A stretch of DNA of 64,000 bases from Macrostomum hystrix (Eukaryota; Animalia; Platyhelminthes): contig CATNEN010000028.1 of the NCBI GenBank assembly GCA_950097015.1, forward strand, positions 1,025,043 to 1,089,042. The letters are read 5' to 3'. Below the pieces are notes generated by a model. It worked only from the letters and a program-made list of their open reading frames with translations, ran no database searches and was not told the DNA's origin. Each line of letters starts with the position of its first letter. The stretch's first letter is position 1. A program made the position numbers and the translations under genes. Positions 49,067-59,319 of this stretch are shown in pieces.

Positions 49067-49827
49067 AGCGCTAAGAAAATCGGTCGAAAACAGCATCAGC
49101 TCGCTGATTGACGGCTGCGAGACCTTCGAAGAAGTTCAAGCCGTGCTGGTCGACGGCATCGACGAGAGCCTGGTGCAGGGCATCGAGAACTTCGAGCCGC
49201 GACTCGGCCGAGCTCAGCTGTTCCTGGTGCTGCGGCTGCGCAAGCCGGCTGTTCACAGGGCGACACAGACGCTGGTGAATAGGGTCTGGGCCAGCGACCT
49301 GCCCTGGCTGGCTAAGATTCGCTCGCCCCTCCTGCAGTCCGCGGCTCTCTATGCCACCTCCGTGGCCAGCTTTGGCATCGTGGCTCCCCTGGCGATCGTG
49401 TTCCCTCATCCGGCTCTTGTTGGTTTAGTGAAATCTCGACCTGTGGCCTCGTGCCTTGAGCTCATCTCGACCTACGCTAACGTGGCAACCGTTCTGTGGA
49501 CTGTACTGGTCGGCATGACCAGTACTAGCCTGCTCTGCACCAGTTGGTCTGCGGAAAATTTGGGCTACATGTACAGCGCCTACTCGCTGATGCTGGCCTT
49601 CATTTTGGGTCGCATCTGCCGAGAGGCGCACGACATCTACTGTCTGGGCCTGCACATGAACCACATCAACATGTTCGACCGCTGCCTGTCTGTTAGCAAC
49701 GCTTTTCAACTGGCTGGCGTTGTAACCCTATTAATTGGCGTCACCAGAGTTGGCCGCAACCATCTGACTGACCCGGTGGCATTGAAGGCTGTGCGACTGC
49801 TGTGCCCTAACGATACCGAACCAACGG
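49067..49827 (+). CDS. TRPC-like exon 2 (linker helices, pre-S1, S1-S3)
   Basis: tttgcag|A GCG CTA; LGRAQLFLVLRLRKPAVHRATQTLVNRVW matches TRPC L.RLKLAI....KKFVAHP..QQLL..IW; followed by hydrophobic segments; donor ACG G|gtttgt. Confidence 0.85.
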
Positions 49828-50518
49828 GTTTGTGCATTTTGTGCTCCGCCGTAGTCTGATGCAATAATATTAGTGTGCATGTGGCCTTTTTTCTGGAGTC
49901 TATTTCACAAGCATACAAGTTTTCAAGGCAATTTCACAGCTCAGAAGTAGGCAGATGCAGTGCGCACACAAAACATGGCCTGATTCTTTCGTAACAGTAG
50001 AAAGACAGGGGTATTTCAAATATCCACTACTTACTGTCTTACTTCATTATAGCTCCCAAACCGAATGACCGAGTGTCGTGAAAGTCCACCGTTTGGAGAA
50101 AAAATTTCCGCCCTTTGCGATAAAATAATTTTCAAAGCCGTCCGAGTCAGAATCGTCGAGATATTCAGCTAGTTTTGTCGAAGACCCTACACCGACAAGA
50201 ATCGTTGAATATCACGATGATCTTGATGTTTTGTGATTCTGGAAGTGTTTTCATCGATTTTCATCGATAGAGCGGAAAATGGTTGCCCTTGTTCTGGATT
50301 TTCACGGCGATTAGTTGAATGTTTTCGGAGATTTCATTGGTAGATTATATATTTTTTGTCTTCATCAAGCAATACGGTCATAAGTATATAGAAGTTGGAG
50401 CCCAATTGGTTACCTTGGAGCAAAGAGACTTACAACTGCCCAGTTCACACGGCTGTAAAATGGGTTAGGAATCTATGAGGACTGAGCAGTTGAGATTTTC
50501 ATGCGAAATACTTCGCAG

Positions 50519-50944
50519 GCACGGAGATCTGCAACCTTAGCGACAAGCTGAGCAGCAGTGAGGTGCAGTACCTGGCTGAATGGTCCGTACCAGAGCGCAT
50601 TGGCAGCAGCCTGCTATCGATTGGCCACCTTCTGTTATTCCTCAGTCTGGGCAATGCCTTCGAGATGCACAAAATCACTGGCGTATTGACCTACACGGTG
50701 CAGAAGATGTTCAAAGACATTGGCCAGTTCTTCGTATTCATGACCCTGGTGTTGCTGGGTTTCAGTTCGGCGCTAACAACCATGTACCAGAACTTCCGCT
50801 GCGGCGTCAACAACTTCAGCAACTTCTCCGACACCACCAACATTTTGTACTGGGGCATCTACGCTATGAGCGACACAGCGGCTTACAATCTATCTGGCCA
50901 GATTCAAGCCAGAGACAGTGTCACTCTTCTCGCTGTCAATTTTG
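50519..50944 (+). CDS. TRPC-like exon 3 (S4, S5, pore loop)
   Basis: ttcgcag|GC ACG; GVLTYTVQKMFKDIGQFFVFMTLVLLGFSSALTTMY (S4-S5/S5) and NFSDTTNILYWGIYA (pore helix, LFW-like); donor TTT G|gtgagt. Confidence 0.9.
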
Positions 50945-51248
50945 GTGAGTAAGAAAACTGTTTTTTACACCTGCTGATCGTGTACAAAACACAATATATA
51001 ATCCGATCGATAATATAGTTTCTTGATTGTATATTTGCATGTCCTACCTACTCTACTAATAGCGGCAGTGTGGGAAAACACTTGTTGAATAAATATATAA
51101 TATCTGTTTTGGTGATGTTCTCCTGCTCGTACATACGCTACTTAAAGTGGCAGTGTAGGTATTTTATATGATTGAGAGCAATCCGACAGTGTTCCCGTTT
51201 TTTTCAGCAATAAGTATAGCATCATTTTCACACTTTAATCAATCGCAG

Positions 51249-51805
51249 GCTTATTTCTATACGGCAGCTACATCTTGGTATCCAGCGTGGTAGGCGTAAA
51301 CTTACTCATTGCTCTGATGTCAGTCACTTTCGAGGACATCCAAGCCAATAAAAATGACAAGTGGCTTTTTGGCAAGACTCGACGCCAGCTCAAACTGATC
51401 CTGCTCAAACCCTATCACCGCTTCCTGCTGCCCGTGCCGTTGAACCTGCTGAGCTTCCTGCCATACTGCATCCTGGGACTGGGCTGGCTGGTCAGGCGAC
51501 TGTTTCGCTGCTGCCTCAGTGCCGTGAAGCAGCCGGACTCGGATGTATGCGCTCTGGAGCCTGAGCAGCAGCAGCAGGCGGCAGACGAGCTGGAGTTCAT
51601 CACCAGCTACGTTGCGCGTCGCACCGTAATCGAAAAATGCCTAGTAAAGCAGCGAATTATGTACAAACTGTGCGAGTATTCGAAATCAGCTCTGCGCGAC
51701 GGACAGCGAGTGACGTCGGCGGCAGCGGCGGCCGTTGAAGACAACGAAGAAATGCTGATGGAGATGGCGGAAGAGGATGAAGGAGAAGAGGAAGATGAGG
51801 AGGAG
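51249..51805 (+). CDS. TRPC-like exon 4 (S6, TRP helix, acidic tail)
   Basis: atcgcag|GC TTA; YGSYILVSSVVGVNLLIALMSVTFEDIQANKNDKWLFGKTR (cf. NMLIAMM..SY..I....D.EWKFAR) and LPVPLNLL (LP.PFN); donor GAG|gtgagt. Confidence 0.9.
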
Positions 51806-51859
51806 GTGAGTTTGACGAATCGGGTTTGGTTTTGCATTGGTTATGATGGATGCAGGGAC

Positions 51860-52120
51860 AGAAACACAGTTCAGAATGACCCGCAACCGGCGAGGAGGCA
51901 ATTCTGTCCATTCGCTGACCCCTGAGCACGCAGGCTCACAATTACACAGGTGTGCATCTGTCCTGACTCTCTCATCGTCAGGCAATTGTACACTGATACT
52001 GTGTTGTGGCGGCTAGCCCAAAATTGCCGCCAAGCCTTCTCTCCGCGGCTGCGCCCCAAAAGGCCGCGCCGCGAATTCGAACTCAGGACCTCGGTGCGAC
52101 ATTTAGACGATTTCACTGAT
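51860..52120 (-). mobile_element. SINE family A copy (diverged), last TRPC intron
   Basis: Reverse strand GCACCGAGGTCCTGAGTTCGAATTCGCGGCG head plus the tgacgatgaga.agtcagg.cagatg and cagaattgcctcctcgc body motifs. Confidence 0.85.
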
Positions 52121-52240
52121 CTCTGGCGAGCAAAAATTACCCTCACAGCGGATCTATGCACGTTTTCAGTCGTGTAAAACAACGCGGAAATTTGGCGCCG
52201 TTTTAAAAATCTATTAAATTAAATTTCTCTTGCATTTCAG

Positions 52241-52255
52241 GAAAACGACTTCTAG
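52241..52255 (+). CDS. Probable terminal micro-exon of the TRPC-like gene (ENDF*); total ~738 aa
   Basis: Strong acceptor tttctcttgcatttcag in phase 0, continuing the acidic tail. No homology support. Confidence 0.55.
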   Translation, partial: ENDF

Positions 52256-52998
52256 GCAGTACTGCAAAGGCGTTAATCGCGACAATTTTTAAGCAGCAAA
52301 ACCTGAAATAATTCTGAATTGAAATATAGGCAAGGAAGAATTGATTGCAGCCTACAATTGCAGCCCTAGTTACCTGATCTTCACAGACATTTTCGCATTT
52401 GGTGTTTTACAATGTACCTCGAATTTCATTGTTGATTAAGGCAACGACTTTGACAATCTGACGATAATTTCACGAATAACATGTTCCAACGTTGAAAAAA
52501 TCTATTCCTTGAACTTGCACGACATAATTTCACATTTAATAATTGACTTCTGACAATTGGTTTGTTTATTCTTTGCAATTAAAAAAAATGCCGAACCAAC
52601 AGAACCAATCAGTGCTCAGGCCACAAAAACTGGGCTGAACTAGCCTAGTAGTCTGATTGAACAGAAATTCTAATTATAATAATTGCTTTTCAGCTTAAAA
52701 ATCAATTAGGAAGCTACTACGTTGCTCCTAATCAATCTGCAGTAATTGCGTCGCTTCAGAGAGAGCTGGAATGATTAGTTATGTAAAGTCAAGCAATATT
52801 CAACGAACTCTCTGGAGTATTTTATCACTATCAATCACAAAACTTTTCCTATGGGACGAGCCGGAAATTTACTATGACAAAGGACTTGTCCTGACAAAAG
52901 GAGAAATTCGTCAACATTGGTCTGGTCTATTGTCCAAGCAAAAGCAAATCACAAGACTTTGTCTTGGCTGACAATTATCTGCGAATCAGCAGCGCTTG

Positions 52999-53440
52999 TC
53001 AAGGAAAGCTGAACCCGAAGGCTTCTACTTCACAGAGTGTCAGGCACTGTGACACATAGTTGAGCACAGTTAACCTAGACCCGAATCTGCCGCAAGAAAA
53101 ATTTCCAACTGTGAAAGGATTGGTATCATTGCGCCCTCCACAGGTGACGTCGTCCAGCTGAATGGTGAACGCGTTCAGCCTAGATCGGCAGCAGTCGTTT
53201 CGATTGTAGATTGTCAAATAGGACACAAACGATGGAGCGGAGAAGCTGGAGCTCCAGAACTCCTGCCGACCAGGGGAGCAGCCGGTGTGCGAGCAGAATC
53301 CCAGAGAATAGTTTTGCTCTTTGTTGCCGTCGATTGCTAGCGAGCACGTGCGGCCCTCATGAAGGGTGCTTTGTGAGCAGTTTTGAAACTGCAGCTGAAC
53401 CATATCTGCAACAGTGCAGGTAGGACCATGCACCTGCACG
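52999..53440 (-). CDS. F-type lectin (fucolectin/FTP) domain exon
   Basis: SQST..AIDGN....CSHT....W.....V..LTIYNRNDCCRSRL....C....C...G..L.V....LTLCEVE; fucose-binding motif H-X28-R-x-D-x4-R. Acceptor tttcacattaccag at 53441. Confidence 0.9.
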
Positions 53441-53689
53441 CTGGTAATGTGAAACCCTGCTCTCCTGCTTGTCTACATTACTAATTTACGAAGACAAACT
53501 TTCTTCATGGCTGTAAACATCAATAAAATGTACATTTGGGTGTCAACTTAATGCTCTAGAATGGAGCCCGATCGTGGTCAACACTCGAACCAAACCGACT
53601 GAAATCAGTAGCAGGTCAATCTGGTCGACTAGAAACGCCGAGACATCAAAGCCGGCTCCAGTTTCAAAAATAACAGGCACCTATGTACT

Positions 53690-54000
53690 AATCCTGACCC
53701 AGATAATCCTGACCCAGATAATCCTGACCCAGATAATCCTGACCCAGATAATCCTGACCCAGATAATCCTGACCCAGATAATCCTGACCCAGATAATCCT
53801 GACCCAGATAATCCTGACCCAGATAATCCTGACCCAGATAATCCTGACCCAGATAATCCTGACCCAGATAATCCTGACCCAGATAATCCTGACCCAGATA
53901 ATCCTGACCCAGATATTCCTGACCCAGATAATCCTGACCCAGATAATCCTGACCCAGATAATCCTGACCCAGATAATCCTGAACCAGATATTCCTGACCC
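53690..54000 (+). repeat. 15-bp minisatellite (AGATAATCCTGACCC), ~21 copies
   Basis: Direct reading; source of the TQIIL, IIWVR and QDYLG ORFs. Confidence 0.97.
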
Positions 54001-54045
54001 TTAGAAACAGCTTGGAAACAGTAAAACATAGTTTTAAAGGCTCAC

Positions 54046-54334
54046 CCATCGGTTTGGTGAAGACCGTCGAGCCGGGCTCGGAGGCGATCCAGCTGCCAAA
54101 GAACGAGTCGAAGTTGAAGAGGCGGCACAGCCGAGCAAGCCAGGAGAAGCCGAAACAGTCGCGCCGTCCGGCGCAGTCGCTGGCGCAGTCGATGGCGGAG
54201 GCGGCGCTTCGTGAGTAAAAGTGTGCCGGCGCAGCTGACCCGTTTGCGGTGGCGACCTTTTGAAACTGCGCCCGCCGCAGCTGGAGTCCGTGAGTCAGGG
54301 CCAGCAAGAGCAGCGTCAGGATGAGCAGCCGCAT
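54046..54334 (-). CDS. Secreted protein first exon: signal peptide and PAN/apple-like domain; probably the same gene as the F-type lectin exon
   Basis: MRLLILTLLLLALTHG signal peptide; SAIDCASDCAGRRDCFGFSWLARLCRLF fits C-x3-C-x5-C..F...C of PAN; donor ATG G|gtgagc. Confidence 0.8.
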
Positions 54335-54634
54335 CGCTAGACTGCCAAGTGATCAATCTGACGGAATATTTTAGCCCTTTTTAGGAAAGCCAATCTCGAA
54401 TTATTTTTAATTTCACTTTTTGCTGCCAAAACAACCCGCGATTAAATAAAAAATTAAGAGTTTTTTAATCAAGCTAAAGTGACTTTCTAGAAATTGAAAA
54501 AATTCAAATATTCCACTTCGTGCTCGTTAACAGAAAAACTAGACCCAAACTCTTCGTTTTTGCTGCCCAGGTTTGCAATAAATGCTGAAGAAATCTATTT
54601 TGGACATTTGACTTATAAATCACTAAGACCTATC

Positions 54635-54960
54635 AGAGCGGTCTGAAGTGTTTGCCTCCCGCACCAAGGTCCCTTAGCTCGATTCCGCGGCGAGGCCACA
54701 TTTATTTGTGGCTTGGGGTTTGTCGTGCAATTTACGTCCTAGAGTTCCAACCCTAAGGTACAGTGAGAGTGTACACTGTCTGACGATGAGAAAGTCAGGG
54801 CAGATGTACACCTGAGTATGATGTGTTCCTGTGTACAGTATCTGTGTCAGTGTGTGCTCAGGAGTCAGCGGAATGGGCAGAATTGCCTCCTCGCTGGCTG
54901 CGGGTCTAGCATCACCAAATGATGAGTCATTGCCCGCAGCCCTCCTGAAATTATTATTAT
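54635..54960 (+). mobile_element. Near full-length SINE family A copy
   Basis: Colinear with 34904-35260 from GAGCGGTCT through GCTCGATTCCGCGGCGAGGCCACATT to CCCGCAGCCCTCCTG and (ATT)n. Confidence 0.9.
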
Positions 54961-55129
54961 CCTTACAATTACTTCAGTATTATATAATAAACTGAAAAAT
55001 GTGCAAAATGTGAGTACATACCTTGATGTTGAGTATCAAGGGATGCTGTTGAGTATTAAGTGAAGCTTTTGAGTATCAAGGGAGGCTGTTGAGCAGCTGT
55101 ATTTTCAGCCTTTTTTGCGCTACAATGAT

Positions 55130-55910
55130 CAGTTGACAATGATCCCCCAGTTGATAATGATCCCCCAGTTGACAATGATCCCCCCATTGATGATGGTCGC
55201 GCAGTTGACAATGATCCCCCAGTTAATGATGACTCCCTATTGATGATGATCCCCAGTTGACAATGTTCCCCCAGTTGACAATGTTCCCACAGTTGACAAT
55301 GATCCCCCAGTTGACAATGATCCCCCAGTTGACAATGATCCCCAAGTTGATGATGATCCCCCAGTTGAAAATGATCCCCCAGTTGACAATGATCCCCCAG
55401 TTGACAATGTTCCCCTAGTTGTCAATGATCCCCCAGTTGACAATGATCCCCCAGTTGATAATGATCACCCAGTTGACAATGATCCCCCAGTTGATGATGA
55501 TCACGCAGTTGACAATGATCCCCCAGTTGACAATGTTCCCCCAGTTGTCAATGATCCCCCAGTTGACAATGATCCCCCAGTCGACAATTATCTCTCAGTT
55601 GACTATGATCCCCCATTTGATGATGACTCCCAATTGATGATGATCCCAGTTGACAATTACAATGATCCCCAAGTTGACAATGATCCCCCAGTTGACAATA
55701 ATCCACCAGTCGACAATTATCTCTCAGTTGACTGTGATCCCCCATTTGATGATAACTCCCAATTGATGATGATCCCCAGTTGACCATGATCCCCCATTTG
55801 ATGATGATTCCCCAGCGGACAATTATCCTCCAGTTGACAATGATCCCCCAGTTGACAATTATCCCCCAGTTTACTATGATCCCCCAGTTGACGATTATCC
55901 CCCAGTTCTG
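55130..55910 (+). repeat. 18-bp minisatellite (CAGTTGACAATGATCCCC), array 1
   Basis: Direct reading. Confidence 0.95.
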
Positions 55911-56860
55911 GTTTAGCCATGTTTCAAACTCTGGTTTAGCCATGATTCAAACTCTGGTTTAGCCATGATTCAAACGCTGGTTTAGCCATGATTCAAACTC
56001 TGGTTTAGCCATGATTCAAACTCTGGTTTAGCCATGATTCAAACGCTGGTTTAGCCATGATTCAAACTCTGGTTTAGCCATGATTCAAACTCTGGTTTAG
56101 CCATGATTCAAACGCTGGTTTAGCCATGATTCAAACTCTGGTTTAGCCATGCTGATGATGATGGTTTAGCCATGATTCAAACTCTGGTTTAGCCATGATT
56201 CAAACTCTGGTTGGCCATGATTCAAACTCTGGTTTAGCCATGATTCAGACTCTGGTTGGCCATGATTCAGACTCTGGTTTAGCCATGATTCAAACTCTGG
56301 TTTAGCCATAATTTAGACTCTGGTTTAGCCATGATTCAGACTCTAGTTTAGCCATGATTCAAACTCTATTTTTGCAATGATTCAAACTCAGGTTTGCCAT
56401 GATTTTTGCCATGATTAAAACTCTGGTTTAGCAATGATACAAACTCTAGTTTAGCCTTGATTCAAGCTCTGGTTTAGCCATGATTCAAGCTCTGGTTTAG
56501 CCATGATTCAAGATCTGGTTTAGCCATGATTCAGACTATGGTTTAGCCATGATTCAGACTCCAGTTTTGCCATGATTCAAGCTCTGGTTTAGCCATGATT
56601 CAGACTATGGTTTAGCCATGATTCAGACTCCAGTTTAGCCATGATTCAAACTCTGGTTTAGCCATGATTCAAACGCTGGGTTAGCCATGATTCAGACGCT
56701 GGTTTAGCCATGATTCAGACTATGGTTTAGCTATGATTCATACTATGGTTTAGCCATAATTTAGACTCTGGTTTAGCCATGATTCAGACTCTGGTTTAGC
56801 CATGGTTCAGACTCTGGTTTAGCCATGGTTCAGACGCTGTTTTTGCAATGATTCAAACTC
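55905..56860 (+). repeat. 23-bp satellite (TGGTTTAGCCATGATTCA(A/G)ACTC), array 1
   Basis: Direct reading. Confidence 0.95.
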
Positions 56861-57299
56861 AGATTTTCTATGGTTAATGATATTTTATTTACGAAATGAT
56901 AAAAATGATTCAAACTCAGATTTTTTATGGTTAATGATATTTTATTGACGAAATGATAAAAATAAATTAAAATAATCTTCAATCACTACTGGCTGAAAAT
57001 TAGTCTAAATGATTTGACGCAGTGCAGAATCGAACCCTAGCCTAGCCTAACTTATTCCTAGTGCCTACACATCGGCTATTCCGACTGTTGGTTAGTGGGT
57101 GCAAAAATCTGCCTTATAAAATGAATTCTCAAAGTTCTGGCTTTGTACAATGAAGTAAGAAAATAGAGTACACTCAGTCTCGCGGTTGGTTGTGTACATT
57201 TATTTCCAATTTGTCTCCAGAGTGCAGGCTTCAAATTCAATCAGCTAGGGGTTGTTGCGCAATTTGACGACGCAATAATAATGCAGTGGCAGTGAGTAA

Positions 57300-57532
57300 A
57301 ATTCTCAATAGGCCAAGATAGTTTGACCTTTGAAAAAATCATGTTTTTCGAATATTTAATCCCTTTAGCAATAAAGTTAAGCTTAATAAAAATACGTGTA
57401 TAATTGTCCCCATATTTAGCATCTTTTGGTGAAGAAATGGTGAAAATCGGTTGAGCCGTTCGGGAGAAAATCAATTACAACCAACCAACCAACCAACCAA
57501 GCAAGCATTTCATTTTTAGTATAGTGGACTAG
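57300..57532 (+). mobile_element. 3' end of a non-autonomous Helitron-like element (5' limit uncertain)
   Basis: AAAATCGGTTGAGCCGTT hairpin motif, (CCAA)n microsatellite, then TAGTATAG...CTAG. This order is recalled from non-autonomous Helitron/HINE elements. Confidence 0.5.
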
Positions 57533-57629
57533 CAAGTTTTGCCCCCCTTCGGGGAGCAGAAATATTTTTAACTCGTCCAGTATATACTTTTTAGCAGCTG
57601 TATTGTCAGCCTTTTTTGCGCTACAATGA

Positions 57630-59310
57630 TCAGTTGACAATGATCCCCCAGTTGATAATGATCCCCCAGTTGACAATGATCCCCCAGTTGATAATGATCC
57701 CCCAGTTGACAATGATCCCCCAGTTGACAATGATCCCCCAGTTGACAATGATCCCCCAGTTGATAATGATCACCCAGTTGACAATGATCCCCCAGTTGAC
57801 AATGATCCCCCAGTTGACAATGATCCCCCAGTTGACAATGATCTCCCAGTTGACAATGATCCCACAGTTGACAATGATCCCCCAGTTGACAATGATCCCA
57901 CAGTTGACAATGATCCCCCAGTTGACAATGATCCCCCAGTTGATAATGATCACCCAGTTGACAATGATCCTCCAGTTGACAATGATCCCCCAGTTGACAA
58001 TGATCCCCCAGTTGACAATGATCTCCCAGTTGACAATGATCCACCAGTTGACAATGATCCCCCAGTTCACAATGATCCCCAGTTGGCCATGATCCCCTAG
58101 TTGACAATGATCCCACAGTTGACAATGATCCCCCAGTTTACAATGATCCCCCAGTTGATGATGATTCCCCAGTTTACAATGATCTCCCAGTTGACAATGA
58201 TCCCCCAGTTGACAATGTTCCCCCAGTTGACAATGATCCCCCAGTTCACAATGATCCCCAGTTGGCCATGATCCCCTAGTTGACAATGATCCCACAGTTG
58301 ACAATGATCCCCCAGTTTACAATGATCCCCCAGTTGATGATGATTCCCCAGTTTACAATGATCTCCCAGTTGAAAATGATCCCCCAGTTTGCAATGATCC
58401 CCCAGTTGACAATGATCCCCCAGTTGACAATGATCCCCCAGTTGACAATGATCCCCCAGTTGACAATGATTACCCAGTTGACAATGATTACCCAGTTGAC
58501 AATCATTCCCCAGTGGACAATGATCCCCCAGTTTACAATGATACCCCAGTTGACAATGATCACCCAGTTGAAGATGATCCCCCAGTTGACAATGATCACC
58601 CAGTTCACAATGATCCCCAGTTGGCCATGATCCCCTAGTTGACAATGATCCCACAGTTGACAATGATCCCCCAGTTGATGATGATCCCCCAGTTTACAAT
58701 GATCTCCCAGTTGACAATGATCCCCCAGTTGAAGATGATCCCCCAGTTGACAATGATCACCCAGTTCACAATGATCCCCAGTTGGCCATGATCCCCTAGT
58801 TGACAATGATCCTACAGTTGACAATGATCCCCCAGTTGACAATGATTACCCAGTTGATGATGATCCCCCAGTTTACAATGATCTCCCAGTTGACAATGAT
58901 CCCCCAGTTGAAGATGATCACCCAGTTGACAATGATCACCCAGTTCACAATGATCCCCAGTTGGCCATGATCCCCTAGTTGACAATGATCCTACAGTTGA
59001 CAATGATCCCCCAGTTGACAATGATCCCCCAGTTGACATGATTACCCAGTTGACAATCATTCCCCAGTGGACAATGATCCCCCAGTTGAAAATGATACCC
59101 CAGTTGACAATGATCCCCCAGTTGACGATGATCCCCCAGTTGACAATGATCCCCCAGTTGACAATGATCCCCCAGTTGACAATGATCCCCCAGTTGACAA
59201 TGATCCCCCAGTTGACAATTATCCCCCAGTTTACCATGATCCCCCAGTTGACGATTATCCCCCAGTTCACCATGATCCCCATTTTGATGATGACTCCCCA
59301 GTTGACGTTG
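57630..59310 (+). repeat. 18-bp minisatellite (CAGTTGACAATGATCCCC), array 2
   Basis: Direct reading. Confidence 0.95.
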
Positions 59311-59319
59311 ATTTTTCAA

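Noticed and set aside
53556-53680. Selenocysteine or readthrough linker exon (three in-frame TGA in 40 codons after the phase-1 acceptor)
   Set aside because: The frame ends in TAG, has no phase-matched donor for the best FTP acceptor, shows no homology and no SECIS was identified; ordinary stops are more likely.
53574-54334. TQIIL, IIWVR and QDYLG repeat ORFs, including read-through of the PAN exon
   Set aside because: 15-bp intronic minisatellite; the PAN exon has a strong GTGAG donor before it.
54775-54800. Hammerhead ribozyme in a SINE (CTGACGA here; CTGAGGA at ~7165)
   Set aside because: No stem II followed by GAAA and no closing stems were found, so the catalytic core is incomplete.
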